DNA from: a virus
Taxonomy: Duplodnaviria; Heunggongvirae; Uroviricota; Caudoviricetes
Strand: one strand, 5' to 3'
IMG/VR virus record: IMGVR_UViG_2737471817_000007
Span: 1 to 42,368 of that record
Length of the DNA: 42,368 nt
Within the stretch, counting starts at the first letter, position 1; the number at the start of each line of letters is the position of its first letter. A program made the translations under genes and the position numbers. Below the pieces are notes generated by a model. The model did not search any database, was not told the DNA's origin, and worked only from the letters and a program-made list of their open reading frames with translations. Positions 39,871-42,368 of this stretch are shown one piece after another.

Positions 39871-40910
39871 AGGCTGAAGCATGGCGGGTCAGCAAACTTG
39901 GTGAAATACCTGATATAACGTTCGAGGAAGCGTGTGTCAGGTGGCTTGAAGAGAAAGCACATAAAAAATCACTGGACGATGACAAAAGCCGGATCGGATT
40001 CTGGCTTCAACATTTCGCAGGAATGCAACTAAGAGACATTACTGAATCAAAAATTTATTCAGCAATGCAGAAAATGACGAACCGGCGTCATGAGGAAAAC
40101 TGGAAACTCAGGGCAGAAGCATGCAGAAAAAAAGGGAAACCTGTTCCAGAATACACGCCAAAACCAGCGTCCGTTGCAACGAAGGCTACGCATCTTTCAT
40201 TTATAAAGGCCCTACTAAGAGCCGCAGAGCGTGAATGGAAAATGCTGGATAAGGCACCAATTATTAAAGTGCCTCAACCAAAGAATAAACGGATCCGCTG
40301 GCTGGAGCCCCATGAAGCACAAAGGCTGATTGATGAATGTCCGGAGCCATTAAAGTCTGTTGTTGAATTTGCACTGGCAACAGGCTTAAGACGCTCGAAC
40401 ATCATCAACCTTGAATGGCAACAAATAGATATGCAGCGCCGGGTGGCATGGATAAACCCGGAAGAGAGTAAATCAAACCGCGCAATTGGCGTTGCGCTGA
40501 ATGATACTGCATGTCGCGTTTTGAAAAAACAAATCGGGAATCATCACCGTTGGGTATTTGTGTACAAGGAAAGCTGTACCAAACCAGACGGAACGAAAGC
40601 GCCAACAGTAAGGAAGATGCGGTATGACGCAAACACAGCCTGGAAAGCGGCGCTGAGACGGGCTGGTATTGATGATTTCAGATTTCACGACTTGAGACAC
40701 ACCTGGGCAAGTTGGCTGGTTCAAGCCGGAGTCCCGTTGTCAGTGTTACAGGAAATGGGAGGCTGGGAGTCTATCGAAATGGTTCGTCGATATGCTCACC
40801 TTGCACCTAATCACCTTACCGAACACGCACGGCAAATAGACTCGATCCTGAACCCATCGGTCCCAAATTCGTCCCAGTCAAAAAATAAGGAAGGTACTAA
40901 TGATGTGTAA
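39747..40910 (+). CDS. int: Tyrosine integrase
   Basis: 387 aa; C-terminal HDLRHT ... VRRYAHL catalytic region; ends 14 bp from the tRNA. Confidence 0.85.
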   Translation: MSLFRRGEIWYASFTLPNGKRFKQSLGTKDKRQATELHDKLKAEAWRVSKLGEIPDITFEEACVRWLEEKAHKKSLDDDKSRIGFWLQHFAGMQLRDITESKIYSAMQKMTNRRHEENWKLRAEACRKKGKPVPEYTPKPASVATKATHLSFIKALLRAAEREWKMLDKAPIIKVPQPKNKRIRWLEPHEAQRLIDECPEPLKSVVEFALATGLRRSNIINLEWQQIDMQRRVAWINPEESKSNRAIGVALNDTACRVLKKQIGNHHRWVFVYKESCTKPDGTKAPTVRKMRYDANTAWKAALRRAGIDDFRFHDLRHTWASWLVQAGVPLSVLQEMGGWESIEMVRRYAHLAPNHLTEHARQIDSILNPSVPNSSQSKNKEGTNDV

Positions 40911-40969
40911 CTTATTGATTTAAATGGTGCCGATAATAGGAGTCGAACCTACGACCTTCGCATTACGAA
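40903..40969. repeat. attR: phage/tRNA junction copy of the attachment repeat
   Basis: Matches 104-170; lies inside the tRNA 3' half. Confidence 0.75.
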
Positions 40970-41000
40970 TGCGCTGCTCTACCAACTGAGCTATATCGGC
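40925..41000 (-). tRNA. thrW: tRNA-Thr (anticodon CGU)
   Basis: Reverse complement reads GCCGATATAGCTCAGTTGGTAGAGCAGCGCATTCGTAATGCGAAGGTCGTAGGTTCGACTCCTATTATCGGCACCA: cloverleaf with CGT anticodon and CCA end. Confidence 0.85.
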
Positions 41001-41114
41001 CCTGAAAGGACATGTTCACGAACGTGAATCACGGTGGACAAGGTTAAAACTAACCGGGCGATGCGTCAATGGCCTTGTGAATCAAATGGCTACTTTTGCA
41101 TCACCCGGTTTTAT

Positions 41115-42368
41115 TTACGCACGAATGGTGTAATCACCAATGCCGATCCACTTGTAAGTGGTCAGTGCTTCCAGCCCCATTGGGCCACGCGCGTGGAGTT
41201 TTTGTGTGCTTACCGCCACTTCCGCACCCAGACCAAACTGGCCGCCGTCGGTAAAACGCGTAGAGGCGTTAACGTAAACAGCGGACGAATCCACTTCGTT
41301 AACAAAACGCTGGGCGTTGCGCATATCGCGGGTCAAGATCGCATCGGAGTGTTGTGTGCCGTGTTCACGAATATGGGCGATGGCATCGTCAAGATCGCTG
41401 ACGATTTTGACGTTCAAATCTAATGACAGAAACTCATCGTCATACTCTTCGGCTTTAACAGCAACCACCTTCGCAGGGCCTGTCTGCAACTGCGCCAGTG
41501 CAGCTGCATCTGCGTGTAATGTCACGCCGCTTTCCGCCATTTGTTTGCTTAATGCGGGCAGGAAGCTATCGGCGATGTTTTTATTCACCAGCAACGTTTC
41601 AACCGTATTACATGTGCTCGGACGCTGAGTTTTCGCGTTGACGATCACTTTTAATGCTTCAGCGATCTCTACACTTTCATCAACGTAAATATGGCATACG
41701 CCTATACCACCTGTGATCACCGGGATTGTCGACTGTTCACGGCACAGTTTATGCAAACCAGCGCCACCACGCGGGATCAGCATGTCGATGTATTTATCCA
41801 TACGCAGCATTTCACTGACCAGCGCACGGTCAGGATTATCAATCGCCTGCACGGCACCCGCCGGTAAGCCGCAGGATTTCAGGGCGTCCTGAATCACCGC
41901 CACCGTTGCAGCGTTAGTGCGACACGTTTCTTTGCCACCGCGCAGGATCACCGCATTACCGGTTTTCAGGCACAGCGAAGCGACATCAACCGTCACGTTC
42001 GGGCGCGCTTCATAAATCACGCCAATAACCCCCAGCGGTACGCGACGACGCTCAAGACGCAGGCCGCTGTCCAGTACGCTGCCATCGATTACCTGCCCCA
42101 CCGGATCGGCGAGGTTACACACCTGGCGCACATCATCGGCAATGCCTTTCAGCCGTGCGGGCGTCAGTGCCAGACGGTCAAGCATCGCTTCGCCAAGGCC
42201 ATTGGCACGCGCGTCAGCAACATCCTGGGCGTTAGCGTTGAGGATGATTTCGCTTTGTGCTTCCAGTTCATCGGCGATTTTTTCCAGCACGCGATTTTTT
42301 TCGCGGCTGGAGAGTTGCGCTAATTTATACGAGGCTTGCTTCGCGGCAATGCCCATTTGTTCCAGCAT
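41115..42368 (-). CDS. proA: Gamma-glutamyl phosphate reductase
   Basis: 417-aa protein recognisable as enterobacterial ProA (aldehyde dehydrogenase fold); host gene flanking the tRNA. Confidence 0.9.
   Translation of the reverse strand: MLEQMGIAAKQASYKLAQLSSREKNRVLEKIADELEAQSEIILNANAQDVADARANGLGEAMLDRLALTPARLKGIADDVRQVCNLADPVGQVIDGSVLDSGLRLERRRVPLGVIGVIYEARPNVTVDVASLCLKTGNAVILRGGKETCRTNAATVAVIQDALKSCGLPAGAVQAIDNPDRALVSEMLRMDKYIDMLIPRGGAGLHKLCREQSTIPVITGGIGVCHIYVDESVEIAEALKVIVNAKTQRPSTCNTVETLLVNKNIADSFLPALSKQMAESGVTLHADAAALAQLQTGPAKVVAVKAEEYDDEFLSLDLNVKIVSDLDDAIAHIREHGTQHSDAILTRDMRNAQRFVNEVDSSAVYVNASTRFTDGGQFGLGAEVAVSTQKLHARGPMGLEALTTYKWIGIGDYTIRA

Overview
Almost the whole window is one ~40.9-kb temperate prophage inserted into the 3' end of a tRNA-Thr(CGU) gene (40925-41000, minus strand) that lies directly beside a complete proA gene (41115-42368, minus strand). 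Imperfect direct repeats of the tRNA 3' end (104-170 and 40903-40969) mark the two junctions. Reading from the integrase end: int/xis; an early-left operon of YfdP/Q/R/S/T-sized proteins including an HD-domain hydrolase; a CI (S24 peptidase) / Cro switch with TGTAC-type palindromic operators; a CII/YdaT-like gene; an O-like replication initiator with internal iterons; Dam-like methyltransferase, LexA-DNA-binding-domain-only protein, RusA, KilA-N, DUF968-like and Q-like genes; a lysis cassette (two holin-like proteins, GH19-type endolysin, Rz with embedded Rz1); HNH + small and large terminase; HK97-type portal, protease and capsid; head-tail connectors; a Mu-type contractile tail (sheath, tube, frameshifted chaperone, tape measure, baseplate); and a tail fibre with a Gin/Pin-type invertible segment. 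This matches the SfV / CPS-53 style of hybrid phage, which I recall uses thrW. The most interesting part is a low-GC cargo island at the attL-proximal end (673-4628), where SfV-type phages carry gtr serotype-conversion genes. It holds an HNH-motif protein, an XRE + ImmA-peptidase regulator pair divergent from a GIY-YIG nuclease-domain protein, and three copies of a conserved hairpin element whose stems covary; I rate this the best candidate for an undescribed defence-type system. Four further single-gene low-GC morons sit at 12505-12951, 25573-25848, 27810-28406 and 36043-36477. All functional calls come from reading motifs in the supplied translations and the DNA by eye; no database search or computation was run, and hand-counted site coordinates may be off by 1-2 bp.
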